Shown: positions 10,543 through 23,860, numbered from the stretch's first letter. The stretch is 51,030 nt of DNA from Octopus bimaculoides (GCF_001194135.2 NC_069002.1:14670353-14721382), one strand, 5' to 3'. Notes: generated by a model from the letters alone, not told the origin. Program-made: numbers and translations.

Positions 10543-10699
10543 TATGTAACGCAGCCTGTATATATATGTTCATATGTAGACTGGGGAGATCTGGAATTTG
10601 CGGGCTTATTTTTTGCGCATATTTCTCTGTGTCCACTCAGTGGATTCATAGACATAGGTTCAGCAAAAACCACAGATGAAGTATGGATAAACAAAGAAA

Positions 10700-11270
10700 A
10701 TACTTTGGTACAAAAGTACAAATCAAGACTTAACAAAGTTTAACAGAGTACATACACAACTATTTTCACACAAAACTCATTCTGCCACTTATCTTGAGGT
10801 ACCTACACAGCTAACAACCTAAACTTTAGCCACTTGACTACATACAAACGACTCCTGTCCAGGCTCCCGCCAGACAAATTTAATTTGGAGTGAATTGTTT
10901 ATAACTAAACATGTTCACTCAACTGTGTCAGCTTTCTTTTTAGGCGCAATATATACTGTCACGTGATTCTAACGCACGGACGTGGCGGGAAACGTACAAA
11001 AAGTTATAAACTTAATTATGTGTTCATTCACTACAAACACTTGACAGGAAACAGAGTATTGATTATTTGGACGTGTTCAGTCAACCGTGTCAGCCTTACA
11101 CGCCAAACATTGTCACTTAATACTAGCACACGGACGTAGCGGGGAACCTACATAAATTTCGAAGACCAGTCACGTGTCCAATCAAATATTTATATATGCC
11201 AATCAAATCCTATTCAAAACATATACTAATATACTAATTTGAGCCATGAACTCCCTATAAAAATAGGGCA
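10700..11270 (+). mobile_element. Probable retroelement 3' end with a diverged ~155-bp tandem duplication and a promoter-like motif set
   Basis: Similar blocks at ~10908-11000 and ~11070-11155 (tgtcac at 10957 and 11111). E-box, two CCAAT boxes and TATAAAAA lie downstream. Family unrecognised. Confidence 0.4.
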
Positions 11271-11415
11271 AGCTTCAAATCGCTTAAAGGTTTAAATATA
11301 TTAATAAAAAATATCTATTCGCAGTGCATTTTCAAATTTCTCTTTTCCTGGAGATAGATCGATAAACATGTAAGATATATATGTATGCATGTATATNNNN
11401 NNNNNNATATATATG

Positions 11416-11470
<55 letters not shown>

Positions 11471-11653
11471 TGTGTGTGTGTGTGTGTGTATATATTTGTG
11501 TGTGTATATATTTGTGTGTATATATATTCACATACGTACACGAACAAGTGCGTATATTCCGTATGTATGTGCGTTTAATTATATGTCAGTCAGTTTGTTT
11601 TTCTGTCTGTTTCTCTCTCATTCTCTATCTGTCTGTCTATCTGTCCGTTCTGT

Positions 11654-11892
<239 letters not shown>

Positions 11893-12484
11893 CTGTGTAT
11901 TGTGTGTATGTCTGTTGTATGTGCGTGCAACTTGCATGTGTGCGTATCGTAGTGCTTGTGCGTGTGTACGCGTGTGCGTGCAGGCATATGTGTGCCGAGA
12001 TATGTATGTCGGTAGTTATTGATGTATGAATTGGTAGTTTAGCTGTATACTTCAAGTATTTACATAGACAAACACAGGCAAGATACAGCTATTGTACGCT
12101 ATATAATACCACATAATACTACATAATGTTCTACTGGATATTGATAGTATAATGTCAAAGAGAGTTGAGGCCAGAGGAAGTGTTAAATCCTGACTGAACG
12201 GAACTAAAACCAAAAACAAATACACCGCCACGTTAGATAGCAATCATCGATGCAGGTAAATATTACCTACCTTTTCTAATATGATCAATCATAGAATACT
12301 TAAGAGTTGCTACGTTGCGACGGCAAAATCAGACAATTTCCATCCAATAAACTGTATTTATATAATTCCTTGGTGCATTTGCAGAATAAATCTAATATAA
12401 TGTACTGCGTAGACCGACAGACTGGCGTTGTTATATGCGGGTGCTTAACAAGGTATGTGCGTTTTATGTATACGTATGTGTTCG

Positions 12485-12545
<61 letters not shown>

Positions 12546-12657
12546 CAGCACACACATACACATACACACGCACAGGTGTGTATATGCGTGAACATTTTTG
12601 AGAATCTCTGTATATATATAGCAACTACAATCAATATACAAATAAAAATGTATACAG

Positions 12658-12999
12658 CCATGGCTGTGTAGTAACAGGCTTACTTACCAACCACATGGTT
12701 CCGAGTTCAATCGCACTGCGTGGCACTTTGGGCAAGTGTCTTCTACTATAGCCTCGGGCAGACCAAAACCTTATGAGTGGATTTGGTATGTTTGAGTCTG
12801 TATTTGTCCCTCCACCATCACTTGACAACCAATGTTGGTGTGTTTACGTTCCCATAAATTTGGGGTTCGGCAAAAGATAGAATAAGTACTTGGCTTACAA
12901 AGAATAAGATCTGGCTCGATTTGTTCGATTAGTGGCGGTGCTCCAGCATGGCCGTAGTCAAATGACTGAAAAAAATTAAAAGAATAACAGAATAAAAGA
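12658..12999 (+). mobile_element. SINE family B with the central segment deleted
   Basis: tRNA-like head tggctgtgtagtaac...gagttcaatc. gtggatttggta is joined directly to tgtttgagtctgtatttgtcc. Confidence 0.8.
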
Positions 13000-13087
13000 A
13001 CATATAGACACTCGCATATAAAAATTTGCATAAGCTCACATAAATATGTATATAATATGTATATTTGTACACCTGTATGTATGTATG

Positions 13088-13140
<53 letters not shown>

Positions 13141-13464
13141 NNNNNNNNNNNNNNNNNNNNNNNNNNNNNNNNNNNNNNNNNNNNNNNNNNNNNNNNNNNN
13201 NNNNNNNNNNNNNNNNNNNNNNNNNNNNNNNNNNNNNNNNNNNNNNNNNNNNNNNNNNNNNNNNNNNNNNNNNNNNNNNNNNNNNNNNNNNNNNNNNNNN
13301 NNNNNNNNNNNNNNNNNNNNNNNNNNNNNNNNNNNNNNNNNNNNNNNNNNNNNNNNNNNNNNNNNNNNNNNNNNNNNNNNNNNNNNNNNNNNNNNNNNNN
13401 NNNNNNNNNNNNNNNNNNNNNNNNNNNNNNNNNNNNNNNNNNNNATATATATATATATATATAC

Positions 13465-13930
13465 ATGGGTAAATGACGTCACAAAACGTAAACAACATGA
13501 AATACGAAGACAGATTTGGGTATGCAAACAACGAGAGAAACAAATGGAAAACAAGGCAAATAACATAAAAAAAAACGACCCTTCATCAGTTGTCGGCTGT
13601 CCTTCTAAACCTCATTTCGAGCAATTAACGTCAATATGAGACTTCGAAAGGCAGTTGCCTCAGCGAACCAAAATAAAATTTGGGGTTTGTGGAGGGTCAA
13701 AGTTGGTAACAAAACAAGACAGTGGCGACATACAACGAACCAAACGAAGACAAGCATGGAGGGCCGTTAGGCCAGACGAGATAAGGTCTGAACGCTGGAG
13801 GAATATTGTCTTTGACAAGAGAAAAGATAGAAGAGGTGATAGATAAGGCGTCTGGTCTGTACGACAGACTGACAGAAAAGAAAGATGATCACGTGAGGAA
13901 AGGAAAGATGGTCACAATGGTCACGTGTGA
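13465..13930 (-). mobile_element. Unclassified interspersed repeat (retroelement 3'-end-like), copy 1, ending in (TA)n
   Basis: Its reverse complement shares tcgaaatgagg..gacagccgacaactgatga and ttctc..tcaaaga.aatatt with 15850-16050. Confidence 0.55.
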
Positions 13931-14387
13931 GATATAAATATAATAAATGAAAAATGCATTAAATACTACAAAGCGTACACGTAATTCTTTCTCAGTTATC
14001 GACCTAAAATACTAATACCCAGTTTTGTGTCTATGACGATAAGACAGAACTTCGTATATGGTCAGAACCCGCAAGATTTGCGTAGAATTAAGGCTCGAGC
14101 AAACCAAATAATACAGGGTGGGCGTACGAAAGTAAACAACAGTAATTTGAAACGATAGACGAAGACAATAAATAAAGTCTTAGGGCCAAACACAAGTATG
14201 ATGGACTAACGCCTGGAAGAAATCCTCAAATGGATATAAAAACAGAATTAGTAAGATAGGAGAAGAGAGGAGAAAAAGTTGACCAGCGCGCTAGGCATCC
14301 TGTGGCGAAAAGGCAGAAAATAGAAAATCAGTCACCGTTCATGTATGGGTAGCAGATAGAAGGGAAGGAGGAAGAGAGAGAGAGAGA

Positions 14388-14435
<48 letters not shown>

Positions 14436-14639
14436 AAGAGAGAGAACAGAAACTTGTCCAAAATAAAGACAATCTTACGCAAGGACAAAGAATTAAGTTT
14501 TCCAAATTACTTATTTAATCCCTAAGGCAATCCACATTGGGCAAACATACCAACATTGACTAATCCATCCATTCATTTTCTTTTGAGACGTGGCCTGTAT
14601 AACACATTATTACCCAATATATTAATTCTAATCTTTTTT

Positions 14640-14867
14640 TGAGCCCTTTTAATAGAACCAAGCCTAGAGCTGCCTGTGGTTCAGGCATACAATTTTCTGC
14701 TTGAAATTGATCCAAGTTAAAACCTACCATAAAAATTTCATGTGAACTTAATTTCCAAACACCTAATTAAAATGACAAAATGAATTTAATAAATGCTTCT
14801 TTATTATCCAAATTAATTCACACGAAGGCAGCGTAATTCAACAGAAATATGCTAATGAAAGGGTTAA
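14640..14867. mobile_element. TTAA-flanked, piggyBac-like MITE
   Basis: Right end gctaatgaaaggg|TTAA at 14851-14867; degenerate left end gagcccttt. The interior is homologous to 28631-29056. Confidence 0.5.
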
Positions 14868-15799
14868 AGTCATCTAAATTAAAATCTCCCATCAAAATTT
14901 CATCTTAATTTTAGTTCCAAACACCAGAATGATGATTACATAGTTATTTTGTTAGCTTCTTCGCAATTTCCAAAATTAATTGAAACACAAGAGTCTATTT
15001 CTACGTTAGTGATATTTCAATGAAAGACAGCCATGTTGTCAATGAGGTTGCAAAAAATTGCATCACTTCTCTTTCAGACCCCCAACTAATTATTTCAAGT
15101 AAGAAAGGATATATGGACCAATATCTTCCTGGATGCACGAGGTGTGGATAGAGGATCGGATGGCTAAGGCTGGAATAACTTTAATAATAAGCCTGCTTGG
15201 TAATAGGCCTGGCTGGTAATAAGCTCCGTAATAAACCTTGAGGATAAGCTTGCTGACGTGACACTAATCCACAACAACTAAATCAAGGTTAAAATTCCCA
15301 CAATATCTTCTATCCTGTCTTACAATATCTTTATCAGTATTTCTTGAAAATATTTTTGGTTATCGGTTTCACAAAGCCAATAGTGGATGTGGCTTCAAGT
15401 AATATTCCATAGCTTACTTTACTATATTGAGTTTACAATAGGTTATTAAATATGATTAACGTTATGGTGATACCGAATACTTGGTATTTGGATTTACTGT
15501 TTACTTCTTAAGCACTCTCTCTATTAGCTGTAACTTCAACAACATAGAGTATCAAATGAACAAATGTATGTGCGTGTCGATGTATGTTTATACACACACA
15601 TACATATATACATACATACATACAGACACATAAACATACATACATACATAGTAACATCGATCATCAAAATAATCTATCATAGACCAACCACCGGATTACT
15701 AACTCTCACGTATCCATTTCCAAGTAAGTTTATCTTTTTCATGCGACTCTACTCTATACTATTTCCTTCCTCCATCCTTCTCAAATTCATCTTTCTTTT

Positions 15800-16060
15800 T
15801 TGCACCTGCGTTCAAAGGACTGGACATTCCTCTCTCTCTCCCTGTCTCTCTTCTTCTCTCTTCTGTGTTTTCTCGTTTCAAAGAAAATATTTCTCCCAGG
15901 GTTCACTATTTTCCTCTCGTTCTGGACTTTGAAGATTCATATTCTCATTGAATGTTCGAAATGAGGAGTAGATAGACAGCCGACAACTGATGAGGGGTTC
16001 ATTTCTCTGTGTTTACTTGTCCTGTTTTCCATCTTTTTTTATCGTTGCTTACGTATTTAA
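15800..16060 (+). mobile_element. Same unclassified repeat, copy 2 (inverted relative to copy 1)
   Basis: gttcgaaatgaggagtagatagacagccgacaactgatgagggg at ~15955-15997. Confidence 0.55.
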
Positions 16061-17549
16061 GGGTCGCTGTTACTGTAGCTTGTAGCCCCAGGAAAACATC
16101 TCCTCCAGTTGGTTATTGACACACTATCTGTGCCCTATGAGTATTTGCAAAGGGAAGTCATCGTTCTCATCTCCATCCTGACGTGATGCACACGGACTCG
16201 AGTTTCTGGGAATTTACCCGTCTTCAGCGTGTGACAACCACCGGTTGGCGATGGGAAGTGGCTTTCAATGCAAATACATATATATACTTTTTCCAGTGAT
16301 GAAAAGTCACTGATCTTAAAAAAGTGGAAATAAATATATATAGATGTGTGTGTGTGTATGTGTGTGTGTGTGTGTGTGTGTGTNNNNNNNNNNNNNNNNN
16401 NNNNNNNNNNNNNNNNNNNNNNNNNNNNNNNNNNNNNNNNNNNNNNNNNNNNNNNNNNNNNNNNNNNNNNNNNNNNNNNNNNNNNNNNNNNNNNNNNNNN
16501 NNNNNNNNNNNNNNNNNNNNNNNNNNNNNNNNNNNNNNNNNNNNNNNNNNNNNNNNNNNNNNNNNNNNNNNNNNNNNNNNNNNNNNNNNNNNNNNNNNNN
16601 NNNNNNNNNNNNNNNNNNNNNNNNNNNNNNNNNNNNNNNNNNNNATATATATATATATATACATATACACACACTTGATAATTCTATATACAGTTATTAT
16701 CTATCTACATCTATCTACACACCCTGTAACTTAATACTCTGTCTTCTATAGCTTTGAAATAAGAAGACTAACAGACGTTGTGTGAATGAAATATTTGCTT
16801 CTGCGAAAGAAAATTGTTTAGTGTATTTTTGAGACGAGAGTTTATATATTTAGGGTTTAATGTAAAATGTTATTTCCTACTTTAGACTGAATATGGCTAT
16901 TCTTTACTTGTGTGTGGAAGTCATTTTAGCAGCCATTCAAATTAAATAAATTGATGTTTGTCGATGTTATCGATTATACGCTAAAAAATCTGTCTCAGTA
17001 TGGCTCCCATAACTCTAAATTAGTCTTTATGTATGTATGTATGTATGTATATATGTATGTATGTATGTATGAATGTTTGCATGAATACATGAATGAACGT
17101 CTATGTACTTTTGTTTGCTACAGTATAATGGGCTTCAGTCTCTAGAGAGCGGCCATACTGTTTTTACTTGATTGAATTGATCCCAATAATTTGTTGAGTA
17201 TTTTTTAATGATCACTAATTATTACATGGCCATCTCCACTGTAGTGTAACCCCGATAAACAGTCGATCACACACACTTTTAATATATTATATGGGCCCGT
17301 AGACGAAAATATATCAATTTCATGTGAAAATAGTATCAACTATTTACCAGTACTCGCTGAACGGATTTTATTTCAGAGATTTCCTCCTCTTAGATGAATT
17401 ATCTTCTCTACGACTGGTGAGCAGATCTACCCTTGACAGTATTAAATGGTCGGTCACCCTGATTTGTGCGAGAAAGATCCGACATATATTTCAGAAAAAA
17501 TTCTTTGAAAGTCTTTTAAGTACGCTAAAGTCTTTTGCTTGTTTTCCTA

Positions 17550-17860
17550 CCAGATGGTTCCCAGTTCAGTACCACTATGTGTCACCTCGGGAAAGTGTGA
17601 CCTACTATAGCCCCGGGCCGACCAAGGCCTTGTGAGTGGATTTGGTAGACGGAAACTGAAACTGAAATTTGGTACACGGAAACTGACGGAAACTGAAGCC
17701 TGCCGTATATATGTGTGTGTGTGTGCGCGTTCGTGTGTGTGTGTCTTTGTATCTGTATTTGTCCCCCACCACCCTTCGGCAACCGGTGTTGGCGTGTTTG
17801 CATCCCCGTAACCTAGTGGTTCGGCAAAAGGGGCCGATAGAATAAGTACCAGGCTTTAAA
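17550..17860 (+). mobile_element. SINE family B, partial, with a local ggaaactga duplication
   Basis: actatagccccgggccgaccaaggccttgtgagtggatttggtagacggaaactg...gatagaataagtacc. Confidence 0.8.
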
Positions 17861-18009
17861 AAATGTACTGCAGTGTTTTTGCCTTTAGCAGTTGAAATCT
17901 GTGACAAACATATTTGAACTAACTAATTTCTGCTCATACCTAAACACTGCTTTGCGCTTATGCTCCGATAATTAACTTGATCGTGTGGAAACACTGTGGA
18001 AGCAGTACT

Positions 18010-18755
18010 AGTTTTTGATAGGGTAGACCACCAGTACCTGGCGGCGGTCCTCGAGGCGGCAGAGCTACGCCCAGACTTCCGTGGTGGGATTATTGCCATT
18101 TATGGCAGCATCAAATCTACTGTCCAGATAAATGGTAACTTGTAAGTGCCGTTTAGGATCGAGCATTCGGTTCGTCAGGGGTGCCCCGTCTCCGCTTCTG
18201 TATGTACTGGCTTTTGAGCCATTACTGCGGAGGTTAGACAGTTTTTTTTTTTGTGGGTGGGGCATCCCCAATGAATTGCGGTGTAGTAAGTCTGTTTCTG
18301 CATGTGCGAATGACGTTACTATCACCGTGTCCGATGAAGCTTGTGCAGAGGAAGCAATCAAAGGATACGAAGCGGTGGCAGGGGCAAAAATTAGTAAGGA
18401 CAAATCCATCGGCTTGCGGCTCGGCATCTGGAATGGCAAGACGACAACGTCCAGTGTCGTGGGGCACTGGATGGAAGGTCCTGTTAAGTTGCTTGGAGTC
18501 TGGTTAGGACCGGATTCCCAGACGGAGAAGAATTGAAGTGATGTGGCAGATAGGGAGGAGGCTCTAATTCGGACCTGGTCTGGAAGGGCGCTATCCCTGA
18601 AAGGGAGGGCAGAGGTGGTGCAGGTGTATATTGGATTTGTTATCACCTACCGTCTGACAGTTGTCCCTTGCTCTGATTCGTGGCTAAGCAAGTTGTGTCT
18701 CTTTCTCTCCCGCTTTTTGTGGAGGGGGAGAAGACCGCTTGTGAGGCGCTCTGTT
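18010..18755 (+). mobile_element. Degenerate L1/Tx1-clade LINE ORF2 (reverse transcriptase) fragment, cut off by a gap
   Basis: Across frameshifts: FDRVDHQYL, SVRQG..LYVLAFEPLLRRL, CANDVT (degraded YADD), AKISKDKS, LLGVWLG, WSGRALSLKGRAEV, FLWRG. These are typical L1/Tx1 RT and post-RT blocks. Confidence 0.85.
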
Positions 18756-20067
18756 NNNNNNNNNNNNNNNNNNNNNNNNNNNNNNNNNNNNNNNNNNNNN
18801 NNNNNNNNNNNNNNNNNNNNNNNNNNNNNNNNNNNNNNNNNNNNNNNNNNNNNNNNNNNNNNNNNNNNNNNNNNNNNNNNNNNNNNNNNNNNNNNNNNNN
18901 NNNNNNNNNNNNNNNNNNNNNNNNNNNNNNNNNNNNNNNNNNNNNNNNNNNNNNNNNNNNNNNNNNNNNNNNNNNNNNNNNNNNNNNNNNNNNNNNNNNN
19001 NNNNNNNNNNNNNNNNNNNNNNNNNNNNNNNNNNNNNNNNNNNNNNNNNNNNNNNNNNNNNNNNNNNNNNNNNNNNNNNNNNNNNNNNNNNNNNNNNNNN
19101 NNNNNNNNNNNNNNNNNNNNNNNNNNNNNNNNNNNNNNNNNNNNNNNNNNNNNNNNNNNNNNNNNNNNNNNNNNNNNNNNNNNNNNNNNNNNNNNNNNNN
19201 NNNNNNNNNNNNNNNNNNNNNNNNNNNNNNNNNNNNNNNNNNNNNNNNNNNNNNNNNNNNNNNNNNNNNNNNNNNNNNNNNNNNNNNNNNNNNNNNNNNN
19301 NNNNNNNNNNNNNNNNNNNNNNNNNNNNNNNNNNNNNNNNNNNNNNNNNNNNNNNNNNNNNNNNNNNNNNNNNNNNNNNNNNNNNNNNNNNNNNNNNNNN
19401 NNNNNNNNNNNNNNNNNNNNNNNNNNNNNNNNNNNNNNNNNNNNNNNNNNNNNNNNNNNNNNNNNNNNNNNNNNNNNNNNNNNNNNNNNNNNNNNNNNNN
19501 NNNNNNNNNNNNNNNNNNNNNNNNNNNNNNNNNNNNNNNNNNNNNNNNNNATATATATATATATATATATAGTCATACATATATATTTGTGTGTGCGTGT
19601 GTGTTTGTGCGTTCGTGTCACTGTGTGCAGGTGTGTGTATACGAATGTATGTATGTACACATGTACGCGTATGCATGTGTATATTTATATGTATATCTGG
19701 CATTATCCAAGTCCTGACAGGAAGTTGAAAACAGTTGATTCAATTGTAGTCTCTAAATATAATAAACTCTATATTATGATATCTATTGAGTACTTTATTA
19801 CTTTATTGATTATTTGCCTCGTGATTTGCATGTTTAAAGAACATTCAGGCCCGTGGCAAAAGAAATAATGAAAAGCAGCTCAGGCGGCCCAGTAACAGAC
19901 GTACCGAAATAAGAGTTTCTAATTTAAGCACAAACGTAACAAATTTGCGGGAATGTGTTAAGTCAGTGCAATCAATCGCCCATTAGAGGGACGAAAAGCG
20001 AAGTTAACCTCGGCAGGGTTTGAACCAGAGGTGTAAAGGACCGGACCAAATACTGTCACACACATAC

Positions 20068-20552
20068 TCTTACTCTTTTTTTTACTCTTTTTGTTGTTTT
20101 AGTCATTTGACTGTGGCCATGCTGGAGCACCAACTTTGGTCGAGCAAATCGACCCCAGGACTTATTCTTTGTAAGCCTAGTACTTATTTTATCGGGCTCT
20201 TTTGCCGAACCGCTAAGTTACGGGGACCTAAACACACCAGCATCGGCGGGGACAAACACAGACACACCAACATATACACACACATACATNNNNNNNNNNN
20301 NNNNNNNNNNNNNNNNNNNNNNNNNNNNNNNNNNNNNNNNNNNNNNNNNNNNNNNNNNNNNNNNNNNATATATATATATATATATATATATATACGACGG
20401 GCTTCTTTCAGTTTTCTGTCTACCAAATCCACTCACAAGGCTTTGGTCAGCCCGAGGCTATAGTAGAAGACACTTGCCCAAGGTACCACGCAGTGGGACT
20501 GAATCCGGAACCATGTAGTTCGTAAGAAAGCTACTTACCACACAGCCACTCC
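20068..20552 (-). mobile_element. SINE family B, full-length; gap 20290-20367 lies inside its internal microsatellite
   Basis: Reverse complement of the 45828-46225 copy. Confidence 0.85.
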
Positions 20553-20873
20553 AAATTTTGGTATAATGCCAGTATTTTCGAAGGAGAGCGCTAGTCGATC
20601 GCATCCACCCCAGTGATCAACTGGTACTTATTTTATTGAATCCGAAAGAGATGAAAAGTAGAGTCGACCTCCCCGAAATTTGAATTCAGTTCGTAAAGAC
20701 GGACGAAATGCTCTTTAATAATTTTGCCTGGCTTGCCAACGACTCTGCCAGCTCCTCGCCTTAAACTGAAAATAATAATATTCTAGCAACATAGCATCAT
20801 TCATTCACACCTTTTGTTATTTTCATCTTAGTATGGCTTCCTCATTTTCATTCCTCAATTCTCCTCCTCCCTT

Positions 20874-20953
20874 TTCTTCTTCTTCTTCTTCTTCTTCTTC
20901 TTCTTCTTCTTCTTCTTCTTCTTCTTCTTCTTCTTCTTCTTCTTCTTCTTCTT
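20874..20953. repeat. (TCT)n microsatellite
   Basis: Seen directly. Confidence 0.97.
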
Positions 20954-21164
20954 CACTAAGCAGCATGATTATATTTGTTTCATTAGAATATTCCAAACTC
21001 TCTCTTCAAATGATGATGTACATGGTGTACAATAGACATTAAATTAAAGTTATATAAAAATGTTTATGATGAGAATTTTTGTCAGATTTAGAAATGTTTA
21101 TATGGCATCATTATATATATATATATATATATCCATTCATTGTGGTATATAATCATTGAAAGGT

Positions 21165-21375
21165 GGTGAGCTGTTAAAAATCGCTTGAGTATTGAGCGAT
21201 ATGTTTTGCAGTATTTCTTTTCAAGAATGTTACGTTGTGAGTTCAAATCATACAGAGATCAATTTCACCTTTCGTCAGTCCGGATCGACAAAATGAAATA
21301 CCACTTGATAATATTGAGCATTACACTTGCCTCGAAATTGCTGGCCTTGGGACAAAATTTGAAACCATTGCTGTC
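21165..21375 (+). mobile_element. SINE family A, old diverged copy
   Basis: aaggtggtgagctg...tgagttcaaatc...gctggccttgggacaaaatttgaaacca. Confidence 0.6.
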
Positions 21376-21716
21376 TTTTCATTGAGGAAGTTGTGTTTGA
21401 CCATGTTGAGCATGCTTATGTTTCAAGCGATCCATCCGTGACTATCCTGTTTTATTTTTGTATATTTGAATTTCTACCTTATTTTATGTTTTATTTCTAG
21501 TATGACAGTCAGATATGATTTGAAGGACATATGACTGTTTATTTCAAGTGGATTGATCGAATTAGTACAGGGTCTCGAAAGTTTATCACACGGTGCTTTC
21601 CAGATAAACGTTATTTGAGATGAAGGCCTGGCTATCAGACTGCATTTGAACAACAAAAGAGCATTTATTTCACTTTGCTATTCGTACTCTATCAAAGCTG
21701 TTTCCAATTCAGAAAT

Positions 21717-22178
21717 AAAACCAAAAATCTTTTCTACTCTAGGCACAAGGCCCGAAATTTTTGGAGAGGGGGGCCAGTCGATTAGATCGACCCCAGTACG
21801 CAACTGGTACTTAATTTATTGACCCCCGAAAGAATGAAAGGCAAAGTTGTATTAAGTGGAATTTTATCTCAGAACCTAAAGACAAACGAAATACTGCTAA
21901 GCATTTCGCCCGGTGTGCTAACGTTTCTTATTTCTTTATTGCCCACAAGGGGCTAAACATAGAGGGGACAAACAAGGACAGGCAAAGGGATTAAGTCGAT
22001 TACACCGACCCCAGTGCGAAACTGGTACTTAATTTATCGACTCCGAATGAATGAAAGGCAAAGTCGACCTCGACGGAATTTGAACTCAGAACGTAAAGGC
22101 AGACAAAATACCGCTAAGCATTTCGCCCGGTGTGCTAACGTTTCTGCCAGCTCACCACCTTAGAAAACCAAAAATCTT
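21717..22178 (-). mobile_element. Head-to-tail dimer of SINE family A (tail-2 copy followed by a head-truncated tail-1 copy) inside one 15-bp TSD
   Basis: aaaaccaaaaatctt at 21717-21731 and 22164-22178. Two cores lie at ~21780-21928 and ~21995-22162. Confidence 0.85.
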
Positions 22179-22332
22179 ATGGCGGAAAAGAGGGTACAGT
22201 CGATTAATTCGACCCCAGTAATAGACTGTTACTTTATTTTATCCACCTCACTAAAGATAAATTTGACTCCAGTAGGATTTGATCTCAAAGCTCGGTATCG
22301 ATCATGCTCACATTTTCTTTCCTTGTATTCAG

Positions 22333-22485
22333 ATTGGCCATCACCCGTATTATAAATTCTACAAAACAAGGAACTCTTACAAGAGTTATTGTCAACTTCC
22401 TGCCCCCTTCTGCTTTAACAATTCAATACAAATTGTATATATAATTCGAAATTCCGTCTGCCTCAAAACCATGTGCTACGAAATG
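22333..22485 (+). CDS. Weak candidate internal exon (IGHHPYYKFYKTRNSYKSYCQLPAPFC...TMCYEM)
   Basis: Strong acceptor (cattttctttccttgtattcAG), 51 open codons and donor ATG|GTAAAA. No homology recognised. Confidence 0.15.
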
Positions 22486-23699
22486 GTAAAAAGAAGAATG
22501 GTTACCATAAATAAGTGCATAGAATTTTGACAAATTCAAGTGGCTTTATTCTTTTCTGTTTTTTAAATAAATATAGATATATAAATAAGTTCGTTCTTCG
22601 TGATATGTATATAATTTTTGTTTCTTTCGAAATTGTTCTAAGTGTGTTTATCAGCGAGGAAATCAATATTTCTGTGTTGAATCATTTCATTTTGTTAGTC
22701 TTTTTACCGTTTCTTAAATAACAGATGTTATTTTATCAACTAAAATATTAATAGAGAATATATATTTTCCATTTTTGAACGTGATAATTCTTGTTAAATT
22801 ATGTTGGTGAAAATGAAATCGGCTTATAAATAGCCGCAGTAAATTATTTATGATTCCAGTTGAGTTCACACACACAAACACACATCTGTAAGCATAGATA
22901 TCACATGCATGCATACATACATACATACATACATACATAGAAACGTATATATCACACATACAAACACATACATACAGATATGTATTATACACACTAATTG
23001 TGTCTCAGTGAACGAAACTGAAATCATAAACGTTATTCTTTTGTTTATACAGAAATACATATTGATATATTTATATCTATCTATATATATNNNNNNNNNN
23101 NNNNNNNNNNNNNNNNNNNATATATATAAAGATATATACACGCATACTTGCTCGCAAACACGCACATATATGTTTCTAAGTGTATGTATAAATAAACAGG
23201 AAGTATAATAATTACTCACGATTCAAATTGCGTTTATATCTGTGTATTTGTGTATATATATATATATATATATATATAAACATAAATATATATATATTTA
23301 TATACACCCAAATATATTTGCATAGAAATCACACATAGAGATACGCATGTGTATATATATGTGTGTGTGTGCGTGCATTTGTGCCTATGTGTGTCACGTA
23401 GAGAATGGTTTTAAGCCAGTGAGAGAGTGACTGTCTGCTTTTGTCCATATTTCTCTGGTTGCAGATAATTTATTTATTGTCTTTCGTAGTCAGAAAGTTG
23501 CTGAAGTAATTTACCTAGAATAGATTGAAGATTAACTACAAAATAATTCTGGTGAGAATCGTAGATATGAAACATTTCACCCATCACACATTTCAAGAAT
23601 AACAGTCGTCTTACGACGCGCTCTTTATTGGTGGTAACAACATGGTATGGTAGCGAGAAATGGTAGCTAAAGAAGCAAGAAATGTTGATTACTGTGCCA

Positions 23700-23860
23700 G
23701 AGGTTTCCAACAGCAAGAAGTTTCACACTATTCGGTTTGAAGGCCATACCTCAAATCCCTTCATTCATATCAATAAGGATGTTACGCAAGGAGACATGCT
23801 TTTCTCTATATTATTTGCGATATCCTTTACGCTGATATTTAAATATGATAGTAACTGTCG
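23700..23860 (+). mobile_element. Highly degraded RTE-like LINE RT fragment
   Basis: IRFEGHTSNPFIHINKDVTQGDMLFSILFAISFTLIF resembles RT block 4 (VRxxGxxSxPF..GVKQGCVLAPxLFxIFF). Confidence 0.5.

Noticed and set aside
13575-13600. CTGATGA motifs as hammerheads (13583-13589 minus, ~15987 plus, ~8658 plus)
   Set aside because: There is no correctly placed stem II plus GAAA plus NUH arrangement.
15185-15250. Short taataa-gcc tandem subrepeats
   Set aside because: They are short and degenerate, and probably belong to a decayed repeat.
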